A stretch of DNA of 63,751 nt from Phycisphaerae bacterium (GTDB lineage: Bacteria; Planctomycetota; Phycisphaerae; WQYP01), in NCBI GenBank assembly GCA_049965755.1, contig JBMFVY010000004.1, positions 1-63,751 of the forward strand, written 5' to 3'. Below, piece after piece: positions 31,880 to 42,315 of this stretch. Position 1 is the stretch's first letter. Each line of letters begins with the position of its first letter. Below the pieces are notes generated by a model that saw nothing but the letters and a program-made list of their open reading frames with translations, was not told where the DNA came from and searched no databases. Position numbers and translations under genes: made by a program.

Positions 31880-31954
31880 GATAAGGGTTTGCTCAACCCC
31901 CAATTTCGGCCTTTTCCGTGTGCTGCGCCTAACCGCTTCGATACCCGGACGAAA

Positions 31955-32497
31955 TCAATTTGTTGTCGGGGAACTCTCATTCTTGCAGCAATTGTCCTGC
32001 GACGCAGCGAGCAGTTGCAGCATAGAGTCCATCTGCGTGCGCAGTCGGTCGCTTATTGACCCCAGCGTGGCGGCTGCATCGGGGGCGAGTACCCCATACT
32101 GCCTCATCTGCTGAGGCCGCAGATTGTCAGCATAATTGACAGCTTGAATGAGAGTGACCCGAAAGTTCCATACGGCACTGATTTCGGGAGCCGGTAAATC
32201 CACGTCATTCTCTTCGAGGATGGAGCGCATGGTCGCGCGTATATCTTCCAGCCAGTTTTGCGCAATCGAAATTAGCGTTTCATCAGCATCGGCGTCTATT
32301 GAATTCAGTGGGGACGGTGATTTTGAAACTTCAAGTTGTGAAACCGCAACGGTAAGCAGGCGGTCGATTTCCTGAAAAGTCGACAGCAGATTGCGCTTAT
32401 GATTCTCATTGAGTCCTGGCATGTATCTATCCGTTCCCGAATAACATCTGAGACGACAGTAGTCACGAAAACAATTGACCACCGATTGCTGACTCAA
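31955..32497 (-). CDS. hypothetical helical protein
   Basis: 180-codon ORF, the only long frame here, with predicted helical composition. No motif recognised. Confidence 0.4.
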   Translation of the reverse strand: MSQQSVVNCFRDYCRLRCYSGTDRYMPGLNENHKRNLLSTFQEIDRLLTVAVSQLEVSKSPSPLNSIDADADETLISIAQNWLEDIRATMRSILEENDVDLPAPEISAVWNFRVTLIQAVNYADNLRPQQMRQYGVLAPDAAATLGSISDRLRTQMDSMLQLLAASQDNCCKNESSPTTN

Positions 32498-32780
32498 TTC
32501 CGAGTATGCCGTCGGAATTTCCTGCCGGTGCCGCTATTTCCCACGAGTCTGTCAGCTTTTTCCAAGCTCTTAACATCGCTGGATTCTTTTTCCGAGGCCT
32601 AATGGTCTCAAGGTAGATCGATTTTGTCAAATGTTATTCCCAAATTTGGAAATACCCCTTGATCAAGCGGGTGGAAATATTTGCGTTGCTCAGTTAACTT
32701 CTTGATACGGCGAACATGAATTTGGAGATCCGTGTTTACGGTTAATCTTCTTCGAGCCGTGTCAGGACAGGAGTAGTTCA

Positions 32781-33908
32781 ATGTCCAAGAACCGTCAGGA
32801 ACTTGCGCAACGGGTTGGTGCAAAACTCAAGGCGGCAAAGCCCGAAAGCATTCGTGGGGTAGTCGGATTTGATGGGTTTGTTGATGAGATCATAGCAGTC
32901 GTCGACAAACGCTATTCCACAATCAATTACGACCGTATCGCCACCATTACGGATTTTGCCTCACGGGTCGCTCAAGCTGCCGGGAAAAGCGCCAATTTAG
33001 AATTGGTCGTAAGAAAGCAGAAACTGGGCGGTAATGGCCCGATAATGGCTAATGCCTTGGCGGCAATCGGTTTACGCCTCGCCTACATCGGAAATCTGGG
33101 TTATCCGCAGGTGCACCCTGTATTTCAAGAACTCGCAAACCGTGTCGAGGTGCTGAGCCTCGGTGAGCCATGTCACACTGATGCGCTCGAATTTGACGAC
33201 GGCAAACTGATGCTCGGCAAACTCGGCCCCATCAGCGAAATTTCGTGGGAACTTCTACTTGAACGTGTCGGGCAAACCAGACTGATAAAACTATTTTCAG
33301 AAGCCCAATTTCTCGGCATGGTCAACTGGACTATGATCCCTTCCATGAACGATATCTGGGAACAAATGATTCGCTTCATTCTGCCGAATCTGCCTGCCGG
33401 TCGCAGAAGCGTGTTTATCGATCTTGCCGACCCAGAAAAGCGAACACGTGAAGACGTAACCGCAGGCTTGAAATTACTGACGGCAATGATGAATCACATC
33501 GATGTGATCCTCGGCCTAAACCTCAAGGAGGCGCAACAGATTGCCGAGGTACTTCAAATCCGCGTGCCGACCGACGTAGAGTCGAAACTGGATCAATTGG
33601 CATCTGATATCCGGAACGCCCTCAAAATAAATACTGTCGTGATTCATCCGCGGCGCGGTGCGGCAGCCGCCACGGAGAACAAAAGCGCAAGTTTCGCAGG
33701 CCCGTTCATTCAACAGCCACTGATCAGCACCGGCGCCGGCGACCATTTCAATGCGGGTTTTACCGTCGGTCGACTCTTCGGATTTGAGCTCGATGAGTGC
33801 CTATGCCTCGGCACGGCTACCAGCGGATATTATGTGCGTCATGCCAAAAGCCCTACGCAGGCAGAACTGGCGGATTTCTGCCATAACCTGCCTGAACCCG
33901 AATTTTAA
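32781..33908 (+). CDS. PfkB-family carbohydrate/nucleoside kinase-like protein
   Basis: AGGAG lies 7 nt before ATG 32781. C-terminal ribokinase-family motif STGAGDHFNAGF; N-terminal VGFDGFVDEI. Confidence 0.55.
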   Translation: MSKNRQELAQRVGAKLKAAKPESIRGVVGFDGFVDEIIAVVDKRYSTINYDRIATITDFASRVAQAAGKSANLELVVRKQKLGGNGPIMANALAAIGLRLAYIGNLGYPQVHPVFQELANRVEVLSLGEPCHTDALEFDDGKLMLGKLGPISEISWELLLERVGQTRLIKLFSEAQFLGMVNWTMIPSMNDIWEQMIRFILPNLPAGRRSVFIDLADPEKRTREDVTAGLKLLTAMMNHIDVILGLNLKEAQQIAEVLQIRVPTDVESKLDQLASDIRNALKINTVVIHPRRGAAAATENKSASFAGPFIQQPLISTGAGDHFNAGFTVGRLFGFELDECLCLGTATSGYYVRHAKSPTQAELADFCHNLPEPEF

Positions 33909-33991
33909 GCCCGACGTAATCGTACGTTGAGTTTCAGAAGAGATGCGGATAAACCTCCTGCATCTACACGGGCCCATTGAGCATGCCCTTT

Positions 33992-34975
33992 TTAACCATG
34001 GCCCAATACACGATGCGGAACGTACGGTTCTGCAAGAGCCGCCGATTCGTCCGCCGTCAGTTTTATATCTACCGCAGCCAGCGCCTCATCCAGATGATGC
34101 ATTTTTGATGCGCCGATAATCGGTGATGTGACGCCCGGCTGGTTCAATATCCACGCCAGCGCGATCTGCGCATTGGAAACACCTCGAGCGGAGGCTATCT
34201 GCGTGATTCGATCAACAACGGTGAAATCAGCAGGCTGATAATAGAGTTTGTGCGCAAAATCATCCGTCTTAGCGCGGTCGGTTTCCCCTCGACCGGCGGC
34301 ACTGCGGTTACCTGCGAGAAATCCACGCGCTAAGGGACTCCACGGAATGACGGCAATTCCTTCATGCCGACAGAGCGGAATCATTTCACGCTCCTCTTCA
34401 CGATAAATCAGATTGTAGTGGTTTTACATGGAGACGAAGCGTGCTTTATTGAGGCGGCGAGCCGTGTGGAGATAATTGGCAAACTGCCAGGCGTCCATGG
34501 ACGATGCACCAATATAAAGTGCTTTGCCAGCCTTCACCACATCGTGCAGTCCGTCGATGGTTTCTTCAACAGGTGTGTGGTTATCAAAGCGGTGAATCTG
34601 ATAAAGATCGACGTAATCCATACCGAGACGTTTGAGGGAATTATCAATCGCATGGCGAATATGCTTGCGTGACAGGCCTCGCTGGTTGGGGCTTTCACCC
34701 ATGGGGCCGTTGAGCTTGGTGGCTACCACCACCTGCTCACGGGAGATTCCTATTTTTTTTACGGCACGTCCGAGTATTTCCTCACTTACACCGTTGGAAT
34801 AGACATCTGCGGTGTCGTAGAAGTTAATGCCGCTCTTCCATGCCTTTTCAATAAAGGGCATGGCTTCCCCCTCTTCCAGCACCCACTCTCGCCATTGTTT
34901 ACTTCCGTAGGTCATCATTCCAAGGCATATCCGCGACACGATCAGACCGGTTGAGCCAAGATTCGTATATTGCAT
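33992..34975 (-). pseudogene. aldo/keto reductase interrupted by one in-frame TAA
   Basis: Track ORFs 34424..35005 and 33992..34384 are in the same frame. The junction reads [42 protein letters not shown], where AKRs have Gln at the stop position. The stop is at 34424-34426. AGGAG precedes ATG 34975 (MQYTNLGSTG). Confidence 0.8.
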
Positions 34976-35156
34976 GTGAAACTCCTGCATCTGCGCCGTG
35001 CACAAAATACGACAAACTCTTCAGTTATCAAAAACCTTCCGATAAGTCAACCAAATCGCGATTTGAATCTGTGCCGAATGCCACTTTTATCTCTAAAACG
35101 CATGTCAGGAAGGAGTGATTAAGGAATCCGAAAACTCGCCGTTCAGGCGGGTCGAG

Positions 35157-37121
35157 TCAGCGCGCATAAGGTTGGATAAAGCCCCTGGCAATTTTTTTAT
35201 CTTTTACGGGAACTGGATACACCTTTCCCGAAAGCTTACGCACCGCCCAATTACAGGCGAGTCTCGACGGGGTCGTTCCGGGCGCCTCCGCAAATGCTCT
35301 GATTGAACTCAAAGCCGGTTTGTAACCCATTCGCGCCAGCGCAATAGCGGCCATTGCCCGCACGCCATCCTCCTCGGGCGGCAGACGATAAGCATCATTG
35401 AGGCGCGACAGCAATTGGCGTGCAATGCGAGGGTCGGCGTGACCGTCATAGATTTTTCCCAACGCCCAGATAGCGGCCTCGCGGCTTCGCGTGGCAAATG
35501 GGCCGAATTGCGGGATCAACCGCACCAAGATTGGAATCGACTTCCTGTATTTCATTTTGCCCAACATACAAAAAGCCTGCGACATCGTTTGTGACTGCAC
35601 AAGTACAGAACCGACAAGATGAATGGTGTATTGCTGACTTGATATTCCCCCACCGGGGATATGCTGTTTTGCCAGCCGCTGCATGGTTTGTCTTTTCAAG
35701 AGTATTTCGCGGTTTAATATCTTGACCGCAAGTTGATAAACAGCCGCAACCTGATGGGCCGCCTTTAACCTTCGCAGTGCAATCACCGACGCAAGAACAA
35801 CCCTGTTAGAGCGACTCCGCAGCAATCGGGCGGCCGGCCCAATGGCCGAAGACACGTGGAGGCGACCAAGCAGTAGAAGCGACTGCTCCTGCACTTGAGC
35901 ATTCATTTTGGTGGTGGGACGTTTGAGCACGTTCAGAGCATCGGTAATAATCTGCTGATGCAAAGGCTCAGTTCCAGCGAGTTGCGTCAATGCGATGCGC
36001 GCATCATCTCTGATATAGCGACGCCGATCCCCAAGTTGGCTCATGAGCAGGGGAATGGAAGCCGGTATGGCTGCACAATGTGCAATGCGAGTGATCGCAT
36101 GGCAAATACTGGCCAGAGGTGAATGGACCAAACCGTCAGCCAGTTGACCGCCATCTGCTTCGATAAACTCACGAGACAGAGCATTCTGTTTTTCAATCCT
36201 ACGTAAACCCATCAGCCGGATCGTCGGATTCTCATTCCGACAGAGACCGATGATCTGTGATGGAATATTTTCTCCAAGGATCAATATTGCATCGATAACT
36301 TGATGCACCATCATATTTTCATGACCGCCTTCAACAAGATTAAACGGGGGGAGGGATCCATGGAAATGCATCGCTGCCAGGGCCCGGGCAGCGGCTAACC
36401 TCAGTCGAACCTGCGTTTGCGGGGCGAAACAAATTTTGAGGAGCGTCGGCTGCGCAATGACGTCAAGATCTTTCTGCAAGCCCATAACCGCACTTTGTCG
36501 CAGTGATTCCAAAAGTTGATTGTCTGCAGCGCGCTCGCGCCAGATTTTTAACATCTGACCGTTATGAAGGCCGTAGAGGAGCGGATCAACTGCCATGACG
36601 AGCGACGGCGAACCGTTGTGATCCAATTGAATTAATGCCGGAAGATCACGGGTAGCCATTGATCTGCCGACCACCTGCAATGCGGCAATCTGTGCCGTCC
36701 GCCAACTGGCGATTTGGGAGGCGGAAAGTGCCCCCCGGGTTTTTCGCTGACCGAGAGCCAGATTTGTTAATTCTTGGAGCAGCGGAGGCGGAAGATGAAG
36801 ACCGGCCTGCTGCTGCCGGTTGATAACAGCGCAAAGTTGTGTATCCACGACTGGATCAGGCATCGAGAGCATCTGCTGCCAGAGATTAATATCTGCTGGT
36901 GTGGCGAGGATACGCTTTATTCCGACCTTGGGCAAAAGTGGATCGCGGAACATGGGATAATTCCAGCCTCGGCGATTGCGCGCTCTTGTCGTTCCGCAGA
37001 TCATCAGCACGCTGATGACCGTAACAGCCGTCAGACATAAAATTGAAACATTTACATGCTTCCAGAGCAGTCGCAGGACGCATAGAGGACGACGATATCC
37101 ATATGGGTTGTTGTGAATCAT
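35157..37121 (-). CDS. HEAT/armadillo-repeat protein with N-terminal membrane anchor
   Basis: One N-terminal TM (ILCLTAVTVISVLMICG). This is followed by ~600 aa of repetitive helical hairpin sequence with recurring R..A..AL..L/G motifs typical of HEAT repeats. Confidence 0.55.
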   Translation of the reverse strand: MIHNNPYGYRRPLCVLRLLWKHVNVSILCLTAVTVISVLMICGTTRARNRRGWNYPMFRDPLLPKVGIKRILATPADINLWQQMLSMPDPVVDTQLCAVINRQQQAGLHLPPPLLQELTNLALGQRKTRGALSASQIASWRTAQIAALQVVGRSMATRDLPALIQLDHNGSPSLVMAVDPLLYGLHNGQMLKIWRERAADNQLLESLRQSAVMGLQKDLDVIAQPTLLKICFAPQTQVRLRLAAARALAAMHFHGSLPPFNLVEGGHENMMVHQVIDAILILGENIPSQIIGLCRNENPTIRLMGLRRIEKQNALSREFIEADGGQLADGLVHSPLASICHAITRIAHCAAIPASIPLLMSQLGDRRRYIRDDARIALTQLAGTEPLHQQIITDALNVLKRPTTKMNAQVQEQSLLLLGRLHVSSAIGPAARLLRSRSNRVVLASVIALRRLKAAHQVAAVYQLAVKILNREILLKRQTMQRLAKQHIPGGGISSQQYTIHLVGSVLVQSQTMSQAFCMLGKMKYRKSIPILVRLIPQFGPFATRSREAAIWALGKIYDGHADPRIARQLLSRLNDAYRLPPEEDGVRAMAAIALARMGYKPALSSIRAFAEAPGTTPSRLACNWAVRKLSGKVYPVPVKDKKIARGFIQPYAR

Positions 37122-37131
37122 CCGGCAATCC

Positions 37132-38784
37132 TCAACGGGCCTTGGTCAATTGACTTATCCGCGCCGTCAAAATAATGAGAGATAGTACGATGAGTACCGA
37201 CATGAAACCCCAGTTCCATTCAATGACATTCAGATGCCTGAAACCTGGCATTCGCATTGCACCTAATGCCGCCGCCAGCGGATTGAGCCGTAGTGCCAGA
37301 GAAACCGCTCCCGGTGAAAACAGGCTCTCCCGTCCAAGCCAGAACAGCAGCGTACCGCCGAACAGCGCGAGCACGAGTGCATAGGCGATCGCAGTGGCAG
37401 ATGCGGTTTTTCGACACAACGAACTGATGGCGGTGGTACCGATGACACAAAGCAAACTGGTTAGGATCAGGCTTATAAGCACTTGAACGATGCGCTGTGA
37501 CTCGTGTGGTGAAATCAGCAACTGTACCAGATACCCCGGCATGGTAGCCAGGAGCAGGAGCGCCAACGTGCGGAAGACAGAAAGCAATTTGCCCGTGACG
37601 ATCGCACCAGCGGAAAGAGGGGTCATCTGAAGCAGACGCCATGAACCATTTTGAACTTCAGAGCTGATAAGACCTGCAGCGAGGCTCGGCGTTATGAGAA
37701 CGATGATGGCAATCTGCAGGACAACCATCAAACCTCCCATCAGATTACCGCTGGATTGCATCGATCCGTAAGCAGTCGCCAGCATCAACCCGAGGGATAA
37801 TACGAGACAGATGCCGACCAATCTTGCCATCCACGAAGACCGACCGAAGCGCGAGGCTCGGAATTCCTTAACCATGACCGGATTGGAAAAACGACCCGTA
37901 AGTTTCTCCCGGCGCTGCGGATCAAAGAACCAGAGATACATGAATCTGCGATAGGCCTGCACCTGAGTAGAGCGTTCATCGGTAATTTTCCCCGAATCGC
38001 GCGGTCGGTCGAAGATACGCTGTCCAAGGCGGCGGACCGTTAATCCTCCGCAGATCATGATCACCAGTGCCGCGGATACAAGGTAATATGAAAGATTAGT
38101 GGATTTGTCGGAAAATCGCCCGGTGGCAATCAATCCCTGAAGAACCGGAATCGGCGAGATATCAGACACCATCCGCAGATAATGCCCCACGATCGGAGGT
38201 GCCGAACGAGGTACGAATTTTGCCGGTATCAACGTAAGGACAAACAGACCGAATATAACGGCATAAGTGAGCCGCAGTGCGGCATCAATGGACTGACAGC
38301 GTGTGCTGACATAGAGTCCGATCGCAGTGGCCTCAATAGCCGCAACCAACAGAAGGAGATAAACGGGAAGTATCTGTGCAACGATACTGACGCCTCCCAT
38401 GACATAACAAGCGACAGCCTCCGGAAGACTGATCGCCAGAAGCAGAAGGGAAAAACCAATTGATCCGATGAATTTACCGACGAATATCTGCCATGGTGAG
38501 AGGGGTGAATTCAGCAGGAGTGCCAAGGTGCCGGAGCGCTTTTCAGCAACGATAGATGCCGCGGGAAAAGCCGGGACGATCACCATGAAACCGGCGAGAA
38601 GCGTCCAGCCAAAAATGGCGAGCACTTCCCGGGCCTGATCGCCGGATAAATCGACACGGCCCGAATGAGGCCAGCGCAAAACTACCATACCTGCCAAGAC
38701 AAGCATCCAGAGGAACTGCATCCAAAGGGCGGCAGGCTTGCGCATCTGGCTGACACACTCACGGGTAATGATAGGGTTGTTCAT
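37132..38784 (-). CDS. ABC-2-type transporter permease, double length (~12 TM)
   Basis: 550 aa, almost entirely hydrophobic helices in two halves. Its start overlaps the stop of the upstream ATPase gene by 4 nt (38781-38784). Confidence 0.6.
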   Translation of the reverse strand: MNNPIITRECVSQMRKPAALWMQFLWMLVLAGMVVLRWPHSGRVDLSGDQAREVLAIFGWTLLAGFMVIVPAFPAASIVAEKRSGTLALLLNSPLSPWQIFVGKFIGSIGFSLLLLAISLPEAVACYVMGGVSIVAQILPVYLLLLVAAIEATAIGLYVSTRCQSIDAALRLTYAVIFGLFVLTLIPAKFVPRSAPPIVGHYLRMVSDISPIPVLQGLIATGRFSDKSTNLSYYLVSAALVIMICGGLTVRRLGQRIFDRPRDSGKITDERSTQVQAYRRFMYLWFFDPQRREKLTGRFSNPVMVKEFRASRFGRSSWMARLVGICLVLSLGLMLATAYGSMQSSGNLMGGLMVVLQIAIIVLITPSLAAGLISSEVQNGSWRLLQMTPLSAGAIVTGKLLSVFRTLALLLLATMPGYLVQLLISPHESQRIVQVLISLILTSLLCVIGTTAISSLCRKTASATAIAYALVLALFGGTLLFWLGRESLFSPGAVSLALRLNPLAAALGAMRMPGFRHLNVIEWNWGFMSVLIVLSLIILTARISQLTKAR

Positions 38785-39749
38785 GAACGCGGCGTCTCCG
38801 CAGTTTGACGCGTTACCGTCATAAATGCATCCTCGAGATCCTGTTGCAATTCTCGGAACTGCGCGACTCTGATCTGCGCGGACATGAGCTTTGCCAGCAG
38901 CACCGAAAGCCGGGCATCACCAGCGGTGGTGGTGAAACGGATGGTGCCGTCTGCGGGTGATGGAGTAATTCCATCCACCCAATCTCCCTGCTTTTTGAGC
39001 AAGTCATGTGTCGAGTTGACATCATCTTCCGACAGCAATTGGACTTCAATAATCCGGCGCGTCTGAATTTCCTTCATGATTTCGTCGAGCGGCCCGAACG
39101 CCCTTAATTTGCCGTGGGTCATCATGGCCACTACATTGCAGATACGCGACAATTCCGGCAGGATGTGACTTGTAACGATCAGTGTTTTCCCCTGGGCCGC
39201 GAGTTTCAGAAGCAATTCGCGCATTTCAACACGTGCGGTGGGATCAAGCCCGTTGGCGGGCTCATCAAGTATTATTACAGGCGGGTCGTGCAGGATAATG
39301 CGGGCGATGGCCACACGCTGCTTCATTCCATGCGAAAGACTCTCCACGTAAAGGTCTGCCATATGGCCCGCACCCGCAATTTCCAGGCATTCATTGATGC
39401 GATTGAGCCGCGTTTTTCGATCGATTTTGAAGGCAGCCCCGAAGAAATCAAGATATTCACGCACGCGCATATTGTCGTACGCGCCGAATACATCCGGCAT
39501 GTAGCCCACCAGCCGCTTAATTTTCCGTGTATCGCTGGTACAGTCGATACCGGTGATTGAGGCCGAGCCTTCGGTGGGTCGGCTCAGACCGACCAGTATC
39601 TTGATCGTCGTTGTTTTACCTGCGCCATTGGGGCCGATGAAACCAAGAATCTGGCCGCGATGGAGATGAATATTCAGATGGTCCAACGCGGTGAAATCGC
39701 CATAGCGCTTGGTTAAATTGACTGTTTTGATGACCGGTTCTTCTGTCAT
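38781..39749 (-). CDS. ABC transporter ATP-binding protein
   Basis: Walker A GPNGAGKTTT, signature LSHGMKQR, Walker B VIILDEP. Start set at MTEEPVIKTV (39749), 7 nt after the upstream gene's stop; the track ORF runs to 39887. Confidence 0.9.
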   Translation of the reverse strand: MTEEPVIKTVNLTKRYGDFTALDHLNIHLHRGQILGFIGPNGAGKTTTIKILVGLSRPTEGSASITGIDCTSDTRKIKRLVGYMPDVFGAYDNMRVREYLDFFGAAFKIDRKTRLNRINECLEIAGAGHMADLYVESLSHGMKQRVAIARIILHDPPVIILDEPANGLDPTARVEMRELLLKLAAQGKTLIVTSHILPELSRICNVVAMMTHGKLRAFGPLDEIMKEIQTRRIIEVQLLSEDDVNSTHDLLKKQGDWVDGITPSPADGTIRFTTTAGDARLSVLLAKLMSAQIRVAQFRELQQDLEDAFMTVTRQTAETPRS

Positions 39750-39756
39750 ATTACCT

Positions 39757-42057
39757 CTATTCCGCCAAACCGTGGATTGAAACTCGGCCGTAGGCAAAGT
39801 GCCAGTTTGAATTCGGCTGCTGCGAAAATCCCACTTGCAAACGAAGAAGCAGATGCCCGTTTCGAAATTCTCCCGGTTTGAATTCAAACCTCTGATTGAC
39901 GACCGCTCTTGCCGCCACTACCGTCGCTATCGATACCCAAACTCCGCGGTCGTATATCGCAAGAGATATTTTTCGACCGGGAGCGGTTATGCCAAATTCA
40001 AGATGAGCATAAATGGCTTCAATGCGCCGCAGTAAACGAGGAACCGAATATTTCATGTATATCCGCCCGGAGATGGTCGTATCCTTCATCCATCGATGGA
40101 GATTAAAATTATAGACCGGTGCAGACATCTGACCCTTGGGCCCGCGCACAATCTGCATTCGTACCATCGGCCAGGGAACCGAGATGGCGGTTCCCGTCGG
40201 CGGCAGCCGGGGCGCGAATGGTAATACCATCAGAGTGTTACACAGATGAAGTTTTGTTTTTGTCACGCTCCATGCAGGCGGAATGTCGTCGGACCAGGCG
40301 AGCAATTCGGGCTGGTGCGCAGGATTTGCTGCCAGTAAGGCTGCCGTAAGCGCCGCCTGGCGCTGATCACTTCGACTGAGCAGGACGCCAGACATGTACT
40401 GACCCGCAGGCAATATCTGGCGCGTGCCGGACGTAAATGATGACCGACCACCATTGGCGGACCCGAGTTGTAATGCCATCACCCCGCTGGGACCGGCAAT
40501 AACGGCATGCTCGATGTGGTATTTCGATTCCAAGTTCCCCGAAAAACCATCTTGATTGACCGCAGCATGAACCACCAAGTCCGGCTGGGCATTACGCTGA
40601 AAGGTCTTATACAGCACATTGACCACTTTGCCTGACGGGACAATTAAATTTCGAACACTCATGCTGCTCTGATCTGGTGAATAATCAAATCGACAATCTT
40701 GCTGAGAGTTGAGAAAGCGGTTCCAGTACGTATAGGTTGGGTTCCCAACTCGGGCCGATACCGTCGTCTGCCGCGGAGCAAAGATTGCAGCTTGGCCGCT
40801 GATCATACAGTTGTTCTGGAGAATTATCGCAACTTGAACGGCGGATTCGCTCTCAGGCACCGGTCCGCGTTCGATTTGGCCCAGCACATAGAGGGTACCG
40901 GAGGCAATGAGAGCCGCGGCGAGAGCAAATACACCCAGCATCCCCCCCTTACCCCGCCGACTCAATATCCAACCGCCCACGGCAACGAGCCCAATCAGTA
41001 AGCCGAAAATCAGCATGATCGATCGGCGACTTGCCACCCGATATCCGATCGCATTGGCTGCCATGCGGAGAGCATATCCGGGAACCTGAGAAACCGATGG
41101 GGCGGCAAAAAACTCACGCGTTGCCGGCCAAAGCTCGGGGATAGCCCTGCCCTGTGATGTCAGAAGCGCCTGCCGATCGACGGCGTCAAGCCACACCTGT
41201 CCACGGCCCAGAGAATAACGCATGACAAGAGGCCAACCACCGGAAGATACGATGACGTGAGAGTTCCCAGCAAAATAGCACCGCAATTTCCGACTGCGGG
41301 AGGTCTTCACGGTTCGGAGGTGACCATCCATCTCATATGAATAACTTGCACTGCGAATGGTCTGTACATAAGCAAGATTATAATTTCTACCGAGTAACGT
41401 GCGAGCCAACTGACGATTGGAGGCTTTATCTAAATCAATCCAAACTCGCCCGCCGGCAATGATCCAATCGCGCAACGCATCTATTTGGGCGCCGGTGAAA
41501 CAAGAGTTACCACTTCCGACAAAAATTCGTTTAATACCCAGAAGTGTCGGTGCCGTGACGGGGAAGTTCGTGACCGATATATAGGTCATGACCTTTGGCA
41601 AACCGATCTGCCGGCGCATGGCGAGGGCCAAATCGGTGACACCACTCGAACGGCTCCCCTCGATGACGGCGGTCTGCATCCGCTGATATTGAATAAACTG
41701 ACTGCCGTGGACCCTCTGGCGAGCTCCACTAAGCGAAGCGGATATCGGAATCGACATAAATTTATGGTGCGTTGACGGTGGCAGCATGATCGGAAAGAAC
41801 CAACGGAGAGCGCTCTCGGGAGGAACCCACACTCGAAATCGACTCTCGATACCACCATGGCCGGGGACGCCCGTAGACAGACTCACGGTCTTTCCGCCTG
41901 AGTCAGGATTCCTCAGTTCCACTACAACTGAGCTCGTACCGCCAGGCATGACAGGCGTGATCTGAGGGGAAACGTAACTGAGTTTGGCAGCGGCCCAGAC
42001 AGGCCCAGATGCCACCAATGCAATGATCACCGCGAAAAACCAATTGGGCCGACTCAT
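39757..42057 (-). CDS. large secreted/membrane protein of unknown function (possible ABC-transporter auxiliary component)
   Basis: Start set at MSRPNWFFAVIIALVASGPVWAA (signal-like, ATG 42057; the track ORF runs to 42201). Two central TM helices near aa 390-440. The segment IFVGSGNSCFTGAQIDALRDWIIAGGRVWIDL is reminiscent of GldG/BatA-type flavodoxin-like modules. No firm family. Confidence 0.5.
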   Translation of the reverse strand: MSRPNWFFAVIIALVASGPVWAAAKLSYVSPQITPVMPGGTSSVVVELRNPDSGGKTVSLSTGVPGHGGIESRFRVWVPPESALRWFFPIMLPPSTHHKFMSIPISASLSGARQRVHGSQFIQYQRMQTAVIEGSRSSGVTDLALAMRRQIGLPKVMTYISVTNFPVTAPTLLGIKRIFVGSGNSCFTGAQIDALRDWIIAGGRVWIDLDKASNRQLARTLLGRNYNLAYVQTIRSASYSYEMDGHLRTVKTSRSRKLRCYFAGNSHVIVSSGGWPLVMRYSLGRGQVWLDAVDRQALLTSQGRAIPELWPATREFFAAPSVSQVPGYALRMAANAIGYRVASRRSIMLIFGLLIGLVAVGGWILSRRGKGGMLGVFALAAALIASGTLYVLGQIERGPVPESESAVQVAIILQNNCMISGQAAIFAPRQTTVSARVGNPTYTYWNRFLNSQQDCRFDYSPDQSSMSVRNLIVPSGKVVNVLYKTFQRNAQPDLVVHAAVNQDGFSGNLESKYHIEHAVIAGPSGVMALQLGSANGGRSSFTSGTRQILPAGQYMSGVLLSRSDQRQAALTAALLAANPAHQPELLAWSDDIPPAWSVTKTKLHLCNTLMVLPFAPRLPPTGTAISVPWPMVRMQIVRGPKGQMSAPVYNFNLHRWMKDTTISGRIYMKYSVPRLLRRIEAIYAHLEFGITAPGRKISLAIYDRGVWVSIATVVAARAVVNQRFEFKPGEFRNGHLLLRLQVGFSQQPNSNWHFAYGRVSIHGLAE

Positions 42058-42315
42058 CGCCACCGTGAATCCCCCGATCAAACAACTCTCAACTCTGCGC
42101 CGACGATGAATCAAAACACCGGCGCCCTGAAGAATATCAAGCTTGAATATGGTAGGTGCAGATACGACCGACCGCAAGGAGATGTATCGGGAATTTTTCA
42201 CGCCGACATGCAGTTGATATGGCGCCAGCGAACAGCAGAACTAAGACGTGTTTAAGAATAGCCTACCGCTGTGCGCCGACGTGTGTAAAAGTGCCCGGCA
42301 ATCAATTGAAACATT

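Noticed and set aside
31589-31954. 365-nt gene-free gap inspected for a riboswitch or small RNA
   Set aside because: Apart from the 9-bp hairpin at 31855-31879, I recognise no conserved ncRNA signature. A covariance-model scan would be needed.
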